A stretch of 64,000 nucleotides of DNA from a virus (taxonomy: Duplodnaviria; Heunggongvirae; Uroviricota; Caudoviricetes). A program made the translations under genes and the position numbers. The notes beneath the pieces were generated by a model. It had not been told where the DNA came from. It saw only the letters and a list, made by a program, of their open reading frames with translations, and did no database searches. Below, piece after piece: positions 31,101 to 38,500 of the stretch (within the stretch, counting starts at the first letter, position 1; each line of letters opens with the position of its first letter). The DNA lies in IMG/VR virus record IMGVR_UViG_3300017700_000784, positions 64,001 to 128,000 of that record; one strand, 5' to 3'.

Positions 31101-32005
31101 ACACAGAATTCAACATTGGTGATTATACTAATCATTCTGGAGGAGCTGTTGGAGCTGATAGTGCCTGGGACAATATAGGTAAGCAGTATGGTATGGTTAA
31201 TAACAAACATTATTGGACTGATGCCCAAACTCCTAAAGGTAATACTGAAATTAGTAAGGAAGATTTTGAAGAGGGTAGATATGAATCTGCTAAAGCTGCT
31301 CAAAGAAACTTTGGTTATCAATATGCTACTATGAAAGATAGCAGATTAATAAGAAACTGGAGCCAAGTAAAATATTCAGATGCTATATTTGCAATAGGTA
31401 CAATAGTAGATAAAGGAGAACCTTTATTCCCTAAGTTAAAAGCTGATACAAGAGTTGCCTTAACACCTTCTGTAACAGGAGGAACAGGTTATGCTGTGGG
31501 TATGGCTATAAATCATAATCAACCTACTTATGTATTTAATCAAACTAGTTCTACTAAATATAGTACTGGATGGTATACATGGGATAGTACAGCAAATGAT
31601 TTTATAAAAACTGAAACTCCTATTTTAACTAAGGATTTTGCAGGAATAGGTACAAGAGAAATTAATGACTTAGGTAAACAAGCTATAAAAGAGGTTTATG
31701 AAAATACTTTAAACTTAAAAATTACTCCTCAGAAAAAAGCTCAACCTAAAGCTGCTAAACCTGAAGTAAAAAAGGTAGAAGTAAAAAAACCTAAAAAGAA
31801 TTTAAGTTATGAACAAGAACAATTATCTTTGTTTACCCCAGAAGCTATAGTAGAGAAACCTACTATTATAGAAAAAGCTGATGTTGCTACAGATGATGTA
31901 GTAAATCCTGGTGAAGATGAAGTAGGAATGTTCAAGAGTAAATTCAAATTTGGTCAGAAGAAAAACTTACCAGATATTCCAGAAACAGATGAAAATTGTA
32001 AATAA
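19115..32005 (+). CDS. Virion-packaged double-psi beta-barrel RNA polymerase polyprotein (phi14:2 gp66-like) with zincin peptidase and C-terminal accessory domains
   Basis: RIPTEDKRSM (26951-26980) followed by GSDLDVDTL (DxDxD at 27068-27082), matching the RIP...GSDFDIDK layout of crAss-like vRNAP. HESFH zincin at 22133-22147 with downstream EEILAD. Size and synteny fit. Confidence 0.88.
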   Translation: MSCSPSVEKDKEIIKALLKLDPVKYKNFDRVAEFILNAPIDDESKSVSLHTISHMFIQLNQKNNSFELGKASSVAEMGTLLTDTAQHLSAVNQLVKSKKNVVTGLQQLINDFVDVMDEDLSIKSFDDYDAQIFKPFQIFFTNYKFNTEAEKANAISQVKAVITKLADASPLKTWIIRRADEFIADFNRKTAFIPLSDQLTTDEKLNTFLVTLKTKEVVEAVKDASGFYYNVLTGMPISESDIDNYRKSIKVASYQRESEASDDKISHVFYDNDFVSGLTIRPYSTTENYNDVVSYFDGVSDPVKEVKIFAVKLNDFTDDRINTINNIPGLENKKHETFESLSQSEYLASDPNGEVMVVAREKKSENNFTLVGEVELASGLKKNFYIYTLDNYVLLDSDNTTTKLDFTNNSHLQKVQELAILKKGGNSVNLSEYDLQTFKVLANKFKEFKNKVLPLLEVTSDVAVDVSQSFYDTYTIDKDFKIKSLETLREAKESGSNIFQDVEVVTVDDDGKVLTQVTKQLPFIFTKDFTGALGFNAVDFLKREEYVLHNGEPYSYDEYLKEIGITENVVNELIKDINSSYVNCVYVIKDKTGKLSFRIGKYMEHLSNEVLFTKFVADMAGYINDTKNLTRNFDKFFEQYSFKSRKSNAGAYTLNINFAVSPVGELQLEFRPVKFKPDYDFILDEKQQYNFTLGKTVMQDILKTIVPTSAEYTELQNKYLFLREIPLYTTEGLNYDQVPVFINSLYENNMSTSSPVIERVLENIRKAQDTFNNNIYENVIDTVENNPEAYEDFLKKVEDDFGGLENLLFNKYDNKLLMPRVKFGEKQVINVSNKIEKGDLNVTFNNYGVVNSNNKRLQISTTDNVRPSSTMAATINEAAPINNNTPTPVTVLTEEDITIPVAGPLATLPIPNKAFEPEDPENLEDMDDVPFATLDASSNAAMASQEDIYAEHNWFTSTYADTFPIEDLDNLKDLIRLTKLEGSVLGAVKDKVIYLNKNLRTKGVLYHESFHAVFRYLMEEPMRRNLLDNIISNKKYSSSFTESAKKEFAQDRNLVEDDNRITDLIAEEILADGFQAYMNKKQEPKTLIQKFFEFLKNLIAFFNKHSKFIDEQYGKIRKGDFTSQVKESEVFNNEIAFLSIRGLLKVTTDPKTGKTKTVKTELTSKQKNELIDSVVFELLNDKSDKSFDERFAQATLNALSVWDFDAYYNQITDPDKAAAFKKEFYEKWTNFRFVLGGRMHGLAVYDINDTNDPKNDNKTYKNTYKFSTNSETVDNFQGQASYALLRDEVERKYGHMKNFIDDYEDFSDDESKDLERLKEFLDSTYHNPQNDNQDEQDENVKNPYDDKSLAEKGGLESLPKELRQAFSIIRYQYEDAKYGITIPKHVDGYGMFGVLLKISSGVDVDNVVDNIKIYSDQLREDNVHIAEAEDLLQIYNYIKEKCGIIEDNGFISIKNNQFYNMFIDTVVKASVDYIMYSANFKIYDPTTDDDNYDAGGAPVNTKKSSSMTRFDIRDKILSEDVNRKKSLLIRDMISTYNNKKNTSEYITALTAIRKFAKKYSVDTNLQILSPVVNNDAEVDKMAKELSDNFQLIGLKFPKSLIRLSIIGIDIAENNNTPKLKRGGDVQQHYMVNERFINEGKYLQKDFFKDIISLIDELGAGRISGTALSEKMDDSEGLYSRLGIIIRNASSYITTYDPTELPSVFRNAEGKPVYRYLPYTPVLHIAEEVRQGGLESSLRNDPFFNNSFEYYSVNPYFKDIFANKNSELARQMKLYFSNFNISLYGGVEQTVDDEKRDSNVFKNLDDTSQHILGLLSFLKRTTHTGKISSKDTSIETFTRMFTTIESTNTNYLMPAYYEQYADKDGLVTTKDGFLAPVARFTAKIEQEYERIRAEYTRVKILKKEFDADKRLGNYKLLNKYNAILDGDKANVTDSSLRAFNFSYFPEFWNNGNDDLKQRIIDNAKANKPFNTIGDDTLQELKEGLQNFAQSELNQYLEDLVRRDIIKPHPDRAGEFVSTILPRVVKKDNSSTSLVALYGDKNKYNIGNVVSDYFFNFWVNSLFFNEIFDGDIALGVKNATDYNKRQKRNAAANSNFKKGVHKVSYGNTIKAYIHPEYLGFGPYFTLDEVKSDTRLIANPEIREILIRDYGKKVTVNNIQVESIHDLFDGQSVSLLMHHADMYDSIGRLNDKVMDLIIKKHYTTLTAKELKYLQKNKVVLNSKKTVTASRSLYHKLSEVYIDRNDVSIAILPTERILQGWTGEEMRNHLHKLYTELYNIRKTNNELLKRNDSSMLAETEEKVKAIVTEIHKYFMPLPHREKLHDLLNSMEYHNIDQFMDTTASKLATLLPTNLTYKDESGYIMLERSAIFAPNKYKFWQVETSGIKSMIKYSVQSKALLPANLKDITTILDKNGVNMSEAERASITEEMNNLLYNYHTTLKDVALAHEALMNTFFTNEDLESNVGFMFDLIRKNLSEQGVTTNKLKLFETDATTGKPIHSPNLPEIRDMLEYYFFSQYSKFTDEKGTGAKYIHMSAYGYDVLQDKDGKTVFTEDYRKNPFDEKYEGITSRPLGISVEKKGDKTVYYIECILPKPLYDNRDLLKKYEDKILKMFGVRIPTEDKRSMVALRVVDYIDSANMSGIIVPQVVHILAGSDLDVDTLYTQQYSFYRNYNGATVLYGDYSNYSDNTTGEYIEYLNYLSEDKDVKPIIKAYIQNIKQGTTLESNSQVLDILTELNFDPSKYNLAEAFSYIKNNNLTDIDIDSINDDIRELDESSGEMYSTTLQHLLATRADYYMQLNNIKYVNTYIKILATLKALSDFKLPATKTKFKSSNASSLVKNKFQNIHLDAKLDILSNNKVFNNLYINERSSTQMFMEILNDFGIKLESNDDPFTITGVINARTKNVLSKLGIGVTANNNKTLAFLSQYFDDELTGNLNEVVWKFRSDVNQDTANNFDKLASFNVDDTRTIAIIGNILGMFADGVKEPIPAALHLNEINTNITLTMLGLGMDPRFALAYNFIPEIVNAIESVQQSMYAVSDGVSNTRSYLITELNSQMFNLSRNPKDPSDKYHFMNELKDAGLVSKKSSIFNMSIIKDNLIIKYDKKKLDPTRFRDNKLSLMDLGITVSSRETIKNEDTGGYEYTEVSLSENAQKLILLQLYKEQSEQSSKIMSAGNIVNMFKNMRPDFDFLDKMRKDVRALKSGTSIITDDVANRIFENNQVWPVIDRILEHADEKSKMFIERSEVFKPIKDTFEYLFKNKKLFAKTVTAYVALNKYKNTFIQNDPVYSSLSPAIKEIKDAESVMMTEMFRADYWFNNNLEEELTEMQEKHPDNIFLNRLRSFTTSNSAMTTTEVEYKEKVITLIGGDKITGSLLQDMEDDANNLFVTEPLFFKRLFIHELVRTGLKYRKGSFYTFISPDFKRDLSKYVDEFVDVLKKSSTPDITEQNLMEYLNVTTPDEVYNFMRDMLANLVYTSSAEVDNNKILKPTSDTRKINVSDKDDLIMKMDFSSIVDPQYDVVSEVFNHILPLDGSYSIISDKLSLDNNSKYLVFNFNIPDKSYGNLSKFNMIDVAKAFGFEYHDKLGSFIFPAAININGDFYLLQGVDAKIDQPIGKNLLNVTIIDKDRDFVTDYNTGKLAFYQKIPKAPTSSSLSTAALDLNQLQRYSDLTAALSTQFLDERVKVYRNLSKDNLKKLHDIINNKTLSENKDSVVSNIIYGDMEELRKLHNEGTALYTMRVSKKQTGSTQYGFKSLSDTQHFGNPFTGSEKEGLVSMKNISAAVDAYEQWLDGQDKFIDKNGNKHDLTEQSPRRDWILAQIEHLAQQPEMVKLGYFKAGYKSHADVINEKIISLRKAKGLETESKEAIEIQSAIIVQQELQSRYDELVEAKKLIADTTEMIVVNNLPKLTPESAKKETGTNTGTNQDISPALLSNDGVTVEQAAHDIWEDNFVDTGVDTQDVRNIIIDILLSGKQNYIKALTRQDEIDELKRQLATPKTEANTEFNIGDYTNHSGGAVGADSAWDNIGKQYGMVNNKHYWTDAQTPKGNTEISKEDFEEGRYESAKAAQRNFGYQYATMKDSRLIRNWSQVKYSDAIFAIGTIVDKGEPLFPKLKADTRVALTPSVTGGTGYAVGMAINHNQPTYVFNQTSSTKYSTGWYTWDSTANDFIKTETPILTKDFAGIGTREINDLGKQAIKEVYENTLNLKITPQKKAQPKAAKPEVKKVEVKKPKKNLSYEQEQLSLFTPEAIVEKPTIIEKADVATDDVVNPGEDEVGMFKSKFKFGQKKNLPDIPETDENCK

Positions 32006-32007
32006 TT

Positions 32008-32457
32008 ATGCCTTGTAAAATCCAGATCCAATCCCTTGTAGAAAACCTTGTTGATGAAATGACTCAACAAGGTTTATCTATGTCTTTACCTAATGCAACT
32101 CTATTGGCTGCTAAAACTAATATAGATTTCCAGCATAATGTAGTATACTTTTATAATGATAAAGGTAAAGTGGCTCGTAAGATTAATATACCTTCTGAAC
32201 TAGTAGATGTCTACTATGACAAACAGCTTATAAAACAGACTGCAGATAATTCAAACACTACTGTGTCAGAACTTGATGCAGATATTAAGAATTTGAATTT
32301 AACACCAGATGTTGTATCTTACCTATATGAGACAAGTAGATCTAAATCTATTGGTAGAAATATAGAAAACTTTACTGCTCAGGTCAATAAACTTGCAAAT
32401 AACCTTCAAACTTCTTTCTCTAATGAAGAAATCATAGAGAAAATAAAATGTCTATAA
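32008..32457 (+). CDS. Small virion-associated protein with Cys near both termini
   Basis: 149-aa ORF tightly packed between two giant genes. The only Cys residues are 3 and 148. Confidence 0.75.
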   Translation: MPCKIQIQSLVENLVDEMTQQGLSMSLPNATLLAAKTNIDFQHNVVYFYNDKGKVARKINIPSELVDVYYDKQLIKQTADNSNTTVSELDADIKNLNLTPDVVSYLYETSRSKSIGRNIENFTAQVNKLANNLQTSFSNEEIIEKIKCL

Positions 32458-32458
32458 T

Positions 32459-35400
32459 ATGAGTTGTTTAACCACACAAGCTTTAAAAGATTTCTTAGCT
32501 GACCTTCAAACATTTAACTCTGCCATTACAGATGCAGATGCTCTTGCAGCATATGACATTTATAATAGTGATAATAATTTAGAGAATCAAATACCTCCTA
32601 TTGACAAGGCCTTGGAAATTCTCAATGATTTAACTACTTATGAAAAAGATGAGCAATTAGCAAGGTCTACAGAAACTTTTAAGTTAAAAAAACTTGATGA
32701 GCAGAATGAGCTTATAGCAACAATCTTTGAGGGAGGATATGCTAATGAGAACCAGATAGGAACTTTAAATAAGATTCTTGATATGACAGCAAATCATATG
32801 GAGTTTCTTAATAATGCTATAAATTCTGGAGTAAAGACAAGAACTATTAGTGTATCAAGATTTATAGGTAACTCTAAATTTAAAGGTGACCCAGCTGAGT
32901 ATGAAGCTTTCAAACTCTTTGGTACATTCATCCATGATATACTTGAAAATCTACAGAAAGAAGCTATTCAAAAAGATAATATATCTTCCAGAAAAATACT
33001 TACAAGAGAAAAGTTTAATGGCTATCTTACAAAATATAGAGAAAACAATCCTTTTAGAATAGAGAACTTAGATGATGATAAGCTTTATGTGATGACAGAA
33101 GATTTAGTTAATCATATAGCTACTCTTAAGTCTGCAGGATACTTAATTCTACCAGAGATCTCTATCATAGGTGTAGATATAAACGGCACCAGAATCATAG
33201 GTCGTATAGACATGCTTCTTATAGATCCAAAAGGAGATGTAAAGATATATGACTTTAAAACTAAGAAAGTACAGTTACTTGATGAGGGAGGAGACTGGCA
33301 GAAAGATAATGCTGAAGCTACACTTGCCTGGTTAGCTTTAAAGACACATGAGATGTCTAAAGAAGAAGGAACTCAAGATGGTTTTGTAACAGGGGAATTC
33401 TCAAGAAGAAGTGCCTATGACACATGGGCTATGCAGGTGAATGTATATAAAAATATACTAGAGCAAAATGGCATAGACGTAGAGGGACATTCTATATTAG
33501 CCTTATTATATGAAACAGATAAGGATAAAAACTTTCTTGGTAGTATAGTTCATGAGTTCTTACTTGAGAACTATTATATATATGCTGATAATGATTCTCA
33601 GCTTGATTCTGATGGGGTAAGTATTATCAAAAAAAGAAAGCTTGACCAGCGTATAGCTAGAGTTAAAACTATAGTAGATAAGATTATCACCGGTAAAGTA
33701 TCTACAAAAACTGAAAAAGTAAAAGCTACTAAGTTACTACATGAAGTTTTACAACCTAGTGACCAGGAGTATGAGAAAATGCGTACTAACATCAAGTCTC
33801 TTATAGATAAGCAACTTGTTGAAGTAAACACTAAGCTTTATAATAAAAGTACAGCAGTAGCCATTAAGAATGTATTACAAGAGAGAAAGACTACATTGGT
33901 TAAATACAATGAGGTGCTTTCTAAAATGAATGATGAAGATTTTGATAGGTCTGTAAACTTTGCTATTGTCATGGATGAGTTAACTTCTGAATTAACTTTT
34001 CTTAATGAAAAGGCAGAAGAATTACATACTAAATTTAAAAGTAATCCTGAAAAATTTAATAAAACTGATTTAAGCAAAATTGATTTACTCTTTAAGAACT
34101 CTGAGAGTCTTAATGATATATTACTCATCATGCAGAGAGTACTTAATGAAGCAAGAGACCAGGATGAAAATAACATCACAGTTATAAGTCCTGCAGTAAA
34201 TGCTATGGGTACTATTTTAGGTTTTAAAGAAAACATTAGAACCATTAAGTCTGAAATTATGCGTCAGAAAGCTGTTACTAAAGTGCTTATGACTCCAGGT
34301 GAAAAGAAATTTGGAAGAATAAATTCTCAGTTAACAGAACTTTTAAGTAAAGAAAAAGAAATACTTGAACAGGAAATAGTTGATTTACAGGCAGGTAAGA
34401 GTTTATCTTTTTATCAAAGTATCAAATCAGCAGCGCTTAGTGTAGTAAGTAATACTTATAAACAGAGACTTGCTGAGAGATTGGATCCTTCCAGTCCAAG
34501 ACTTGCTCTTATAGAAGAAAAAGAAAAAGCTATTAGTATTATTAATAATTTATTAAATGGAGCCTTTGATTATTCTGAAGAAGGAGTATTAGCTTATTTA
34601 GATAATATTACTAACCCGGATAGTACTTTCTATGTAGGATCTGATAGAGTATTACCTTATTCTATGATTCTTTCAGGTTTAGCTACAAATCAATGGGTGG
34701 CTAGTATTGCTAATAAAGATTTAGGTATAGCTTCTGTAACAGAGATGTTAAAAAACTCTGCAGCATTAGCCGTAAAAAATGCACAAAATGATTTTGCCTC
34801 ATCTAATTTTGATAAGGTAAGAAATAAACTATACCAAAAAGGTATGTCTTTTGAACAGATTAATGCTATCATTACTGATAGAGTTACTGTTAAGTACAAA
34901 GACAGAACCACTGGTGAAGATAAAGAGAAAACTCAGTTATCTTTAGTAACTCCTTATACACAAGAATATAAAGAAAAATGGTTCTCTTATAAAGATGAAC
35001 TTAGAGAGTATAAAGCTGAAATAAGAACTCTTAAATCTTCAAGAACTAAAGCTAATTTTAAGGAAGTAAATGAGCAAATTAAACAAGTAGAAAACAGACG
35101 CTCACTTAAGGTAAAAGAGTTTACTAACTGGATGATAGATAACTGCAGTCTTCCTTATGTAAATGAGTTTTATACTTTACAGAGAGATTTACCAAGAGAG
35201 ATAGCTGAAAACTTACAGGATTTATATCTTGAACTCGAGACTTATCATTACTTTGAAAATATGAAAGGTATAGGTGAAGAAGCTATTGATGACCTTGATG
35301 TGATGACACCTTTTGACTTTGAAAGAATAGGTGAAATAGAAGATGAAATCAGAGGATTACGTGAGAAAGCTAAAGAAATAGATCCTGCTTATGCTGATTA

Positions 35401-38400
35401 CATAGATAAGATGCAAGATTACTTTGAGTTCAATGTAGACCTTAATAAATTTGAAAGAGAGAAAGCTTTGGCTATGTCAAGGTTTGAGGATAATGAAGAA
35501 GCTAAAACAAAGTGGCTTGATGAGAATCAGATTACAAGACCTACACAACAGTGGTATGAAAGACTTAATGAATTATATGATGAGCTTGCTTATATATATG
35601 GTGATGATCCTGTATTACAGGACTTATTTGAGGCTAGAAATAAAATTCTAAGAAAACATAAGGCTCCAGGTGGAATATTCAAAGCACAATATATGTCTGA
35701 CCAGGATATAGAAGACTATGACCAAATAGAAATGGAGCTTGAAGCTTATCTTGATGGTAAAAAAGGTGTACAGCTTAATGATGAGGAACAAGATTTTGTT
35801 AATGATATACACTCACAATTAGCAGCTCTTAAACAAAGAGATAAAAGTGAATATTATACTAGACAATTTGATATGCGGTATAATGATTTAGAGGCTAAAC
35901 TTGACTTAATATCATCTCATAAAGCTTTGATAAGTTCTCTTGTAACACAAGAGGAAAAAGCTGATGATGTTAATAATGCAAAAAAACTTTTAGTTGCTTA
36001 TGAAACACAATTCTTACAGGCTGAAGAGGAATTTAGAACTTGGTATAATAAGAACCATAATAATAAATATAAAAGTATATTAACAGGATATAAAATTAAA
36101 TCATTTGCTGACCCTAAGAGTTTTAACTATCAGACACTTCCTGCAAAAGAAGTACAAGATATTTATTTGGAGACAGTGCCTCATCCTAAGTTTACAGTTA
36201 AGCGTGTAAAACAAGATGCTTTCTATCTTGATGGAGAGAAACTTGATGATGAGCAGAGAGAAGAGATGAATAATGATCCTGCAGTAAGAGATGCCCTTAT
36301 TATGGAAGGAAGATTACAGATAGAAAAAGGATTAGCTAATCCTAATTATCTTCTTACTCCAGATGGAATACCTATGCCTAAGAACATCATAAAAACAGGG
36401 GATCATACTTATGCTCCAGCTTCACTTGATACAACAAACATAAACCAAAGATATTTAGACTTATTTAATAACCCTGAAGTATTTGAATTTTATAATACTC
36501 TTTCTAATATGTTCTTTAGACTACAGGAAAAAACAGATGGTAGAACCTTAGGATATACTATACCTGGTAATACATCTAGTGTAGTAGAGTCTTTACATAT
36601 GCATGGTTTAGGTGATGCTATTAAAAAGCAAAAAGACATATTTGTAGATAAGCATATAAGAGCTTATGGTAGTGCTCAGGATTTGAATGATAATGTTTTT
36701 GGTGATTTGACAAACTCTATAAGATTAAGAGGTAATAATCAGTTTGATGAGCTTTTACAATCTGAAGATTCTGTCAGTTCTATAATGAAATGGTGTGCTG
36801 AGGCTCACTATAATATAGCTATGCAAGAAACTCTTCCTTATGCTGATGGATTTATAGATGAGTTAAAAGCAAAAGCTTTTGAATTACAAGAGAAAATACA
36901 GAAGAATGATAAAGGTATTATAAGAGATATAGATGGTAAGATTATAAACTCTCTTGATTTTGAAAAAAGACTTAAGGAGCTTAATGCTGTAATACAGCAT
37001 GCTGAATATGAAAGAAACAAATTTGTCTATGGTAAATATGAGGATCCTTATAGTGTATCAAGAGCTGTAACTAAAAGACTTAATGCTTTCTTTAGATATA
37101 CTTCTTTTATAAGAATTGGATATGATGTCACTAACCAGGCAAAAAACTATGTTGCAGGTAGTATTCAGGCAATGATAGCTGCTTGTGAACTAGGTGGTGG
37201 CCATTATGGTAAAAGAGATTACTTATGGGCTAAGAATAAAATCTTTGGTTTTAATGGAGTAATGGGGCATTATCTTAAAGACCTTGGTAATATCAGTGAT
37301 ATAAGTGATGATACAATGTTGTATAGATTATTTAATCCGGTACAGAAAGAATTTAGTAAGTATGTTACAGATATGTCAGGTAAAGTATCAAGAAAAGCAC
37401 TTGACAAACTTTTAAGCGTTAATGAACTTGGCTTCTTCTTACAGGACAAAGGGGATACACTTATTGGAATGACTGTACTTTGGTCAGTATTACACAATTA
37501 TAAATATGCTCATAAGACAGAAACAGATTCAACAGGTAAACCTGTTATGTATTCTGCACATGATGCATATCAGAGAAATGCTAATAATGAGCTAGTCTTC
37601 AGACCTGATATAGAGTATACACAAGAAGATGAAAACATGCTTAGAAATATAGTTTACTCAGAGATGCGTAGAGCACAGGGTAACTATGCTAAAGCTGACC
37701 AGGTAAAAGCAGAGTCTACTGCTATGGGTAAAATGATGTTATTCTTTAGAAAATACTTGGTGCCTATGTTTATGAACAGATTTGGATACATGAAGACTAA
37801 CTGGGAAGCTGGTGAAGTATCTCTAGGCTACTGGAGAGCTGTGGGCTTAGCTATAAGACAATATGGACCTATGCAGACTGCTAAACATTTATTAGTAGGA
37901 GGTAAAACTCTTAATAGAATGAATGCTAATACTATGGGTACTTTTGTTACAGCTAAAGTTAATCAGGCTAGAAGAGATGCTTTAACTATGATATTACTTA
38001 CTATGGCTTCTATGATGGCATTAGCTTGGCTTAAGCGTAAAAAACAAGATGATGATGAATATGAGCCAGGAGTTCTAACAGGTAACTTACTTAGATTACT
38101 ATGGCAGACTAAAGGTGAGACAACTTCTATGTTTCCTGTAGGTGAAGGATCTTCTGAGTATATCAAAAACTTTACTACAGGTATTCCTTTTGTAAGAGAG
38201 TTTACTGCAGCAACTAAGGCTATAAATCATACTTATAACTGGACAGCTGTTAATATAGCAGCTAATGGTGAAGAACCAGATCCAGATTTTGATTCTCAAT
38301 GGTATCAACAAGCATGGCAAAATGCATATTATGCAAGAAAATACGGTACTTATGAAAAAGGAGACTCTAAGTTATTAAAAGACTTTGTTGATCTTACAGG

Positions 38401-38467
38401 GATAAGAAACGTGAGAGACTTATTTGAACCTACAAATAGAATTCAAGTACTAGAACAGAAACAATAA
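32459..38467 (+). CDS. Large virion/ejection protein with N-terminal PD-(D/E)xK (RecB/Cas4-like) nuclease domain
   Basis: GTFIHDILE (32921), PEISI, IGRIDMLL..KIYDFKT (33251), QVNVY (33434). The remainder is coiled-coil/helical. Confidence 0.8.
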   Translation: MSCLTTQALKDFLADLQTFNSAITDADALAAYDIYNSDNNLENQIPPIDKALEILNDLTTYEKDEQLARSTETFKLKKLDEQNELIATIFEGGYANENQIGTLNKILDMTANHMEFLNNAINSGVKTRTISVSRFIGNSKFKGDPAEYEAFKLFGTFIHDILENLQKEAIQKDNISSRKILTREKFNGYLTKYRENNPFRIENLDDDKLYVMTEDLVNHIATLKSAGYLILPEISIIGVDINGTRIIGRIDMLLIDPKGDVKIYDFKTKKVQLLDEGGDWQKDNAEATLAWLALKTHEMSKEEGTQDGFVTGEFSRRSAYDTWAMQVNVYKNILEQNGIDVEGHSILALLYETDKDKNFLGSIVHEFLLENYYIYADNDSQLDSDGVSIIKKRKLDQRIARVKTIVDKIITGKVSTKTEKVKATKLLHEVLQPSDQEYEKMRTNIKSLIDKQLVEVNTKLYNKSTAVAIKNVLQERKTTLVKYNEVLSKMNDEDFDRSVNFAIVMDELTSELTFLNEKAEELHTKFKSNPEKFNKTDLSKIDLLFKNSESLNDILLIMQRVLNEARDQDENNITVISPAVNAMGTILGFKENIRTIKSEIMRQKAVTKVLMTPGEKKFGRINSQLTELLSKEKEILEQEIVDLQAGKSLSFYQSIKSAALSVVSNTYKQRLAERLDPSSPRLALIEEKEKAISIINNLLNGAFDYSEEGVLAYLDNITNPDSTFYVGSDRVLPYSMILSGLATNQWVASIANKDLGIASVTEMLKNSAALAVKNAQNDFASSNFDKVRNKLYQKGMSFEQINAIITDRVTVKYKDRTTGEDKEKTQLSLVTPYTQEYKEKWFSYKDELREYKAEIRTLKSSRTKANFKEVNEQIKQVENRRSLKVKEFTNWMIDNCSLPYVNEFYTLQRDLPREIAENLQDLYLELETYHYFENMKGIGEEAIDDLDVMTPFDFERIGEIEDEIRGLREKAKEIDPAYADYIDKMQDYFEFNVDLNKFEREKALAMSRFEDNEEAKTKWLDENQITRPTQQWYERLNELYDELAYIYGDDPVLQDLFEARNKILRKHKAPGGIFKAQYMSDQDIEDYDQIEMELEAYLDGKKGVQLNDEEQDFVNDIHSQLAALKQRDKSEYYTRQFDMRYNDLEAKLDLISSHKALISSLVTQEEKADDVNNAKKLLVAYETQFLQAEEEFRTWYNKNHNNKYKSILTGYKIKSFADPKSFNYQTLPAKEVQDIYLETVPHPKFTVKRVKQDAFYLDGEKLDDEQREEMNNDPAVRDALIMEGRLQIEKGLANPNYLLTPDGIPMPKNIIKTGDHTYAPASLDTTNINQRYLDLFNNPEVFEFYNTLSNMFFRLQEKTDGRTLGYTIPGNTSSVVESLHMHGLGDAIKKQKDIFVDKHIRAYGSAQDLNDNVFGDLTNSIRLRGNNQFDELLQSEDSVSSIMKWCAEAHYNIAMQETLPYADGFIDELKAKAFELQEKIQKNDKGIIRDIDGKIINSLDFEKRLKELNAVIQHAEYERNKFVYGKYEDPYSVSRAVTKRLNAFFRYTSFIRIGYDVTNQAKNYVAGSIQAMIAACELGGGHYGKRDYLWAKNKIFGFNGVMGHYLKDLGNISDISDDTMLYRLFNPVQKEFSKYVTDMSGKVSRKALDKLLSVNELGFFLQDKGDTLIGMTVLWSVLHNYKYAHKTETDSTGKPVMYSAHDAYQRNANNELVFRPDIEYTQEDENMLRNIVYSEMRRAQGNYAKADQVKAESTAMGKMMLFFRKYLVPMFMNRFGYMKTNWEAGEVSLGYWRAVGLAIRQYGPMQTAKHLLVGGKTLNRMNANTMGTFVTAKVNQARRDALTMILLTMASMMALAWLKRKKQDDDEYEPGVLTGNLLRLLWQTKGETTSMFPVGEGSSEYIKNFTTGIPFVREFTAATKAINHTYNWTAVNIAANGEEPDPDFDSQWYQQAWQNAYYARKYGTYEKGDSKLLKDFVDLTGIRNVRDLFEPTNRIQVLEQKQ

Positions 38468-38500
38468 TTTATTATATTATATATATAGCTTTAAAGTATC

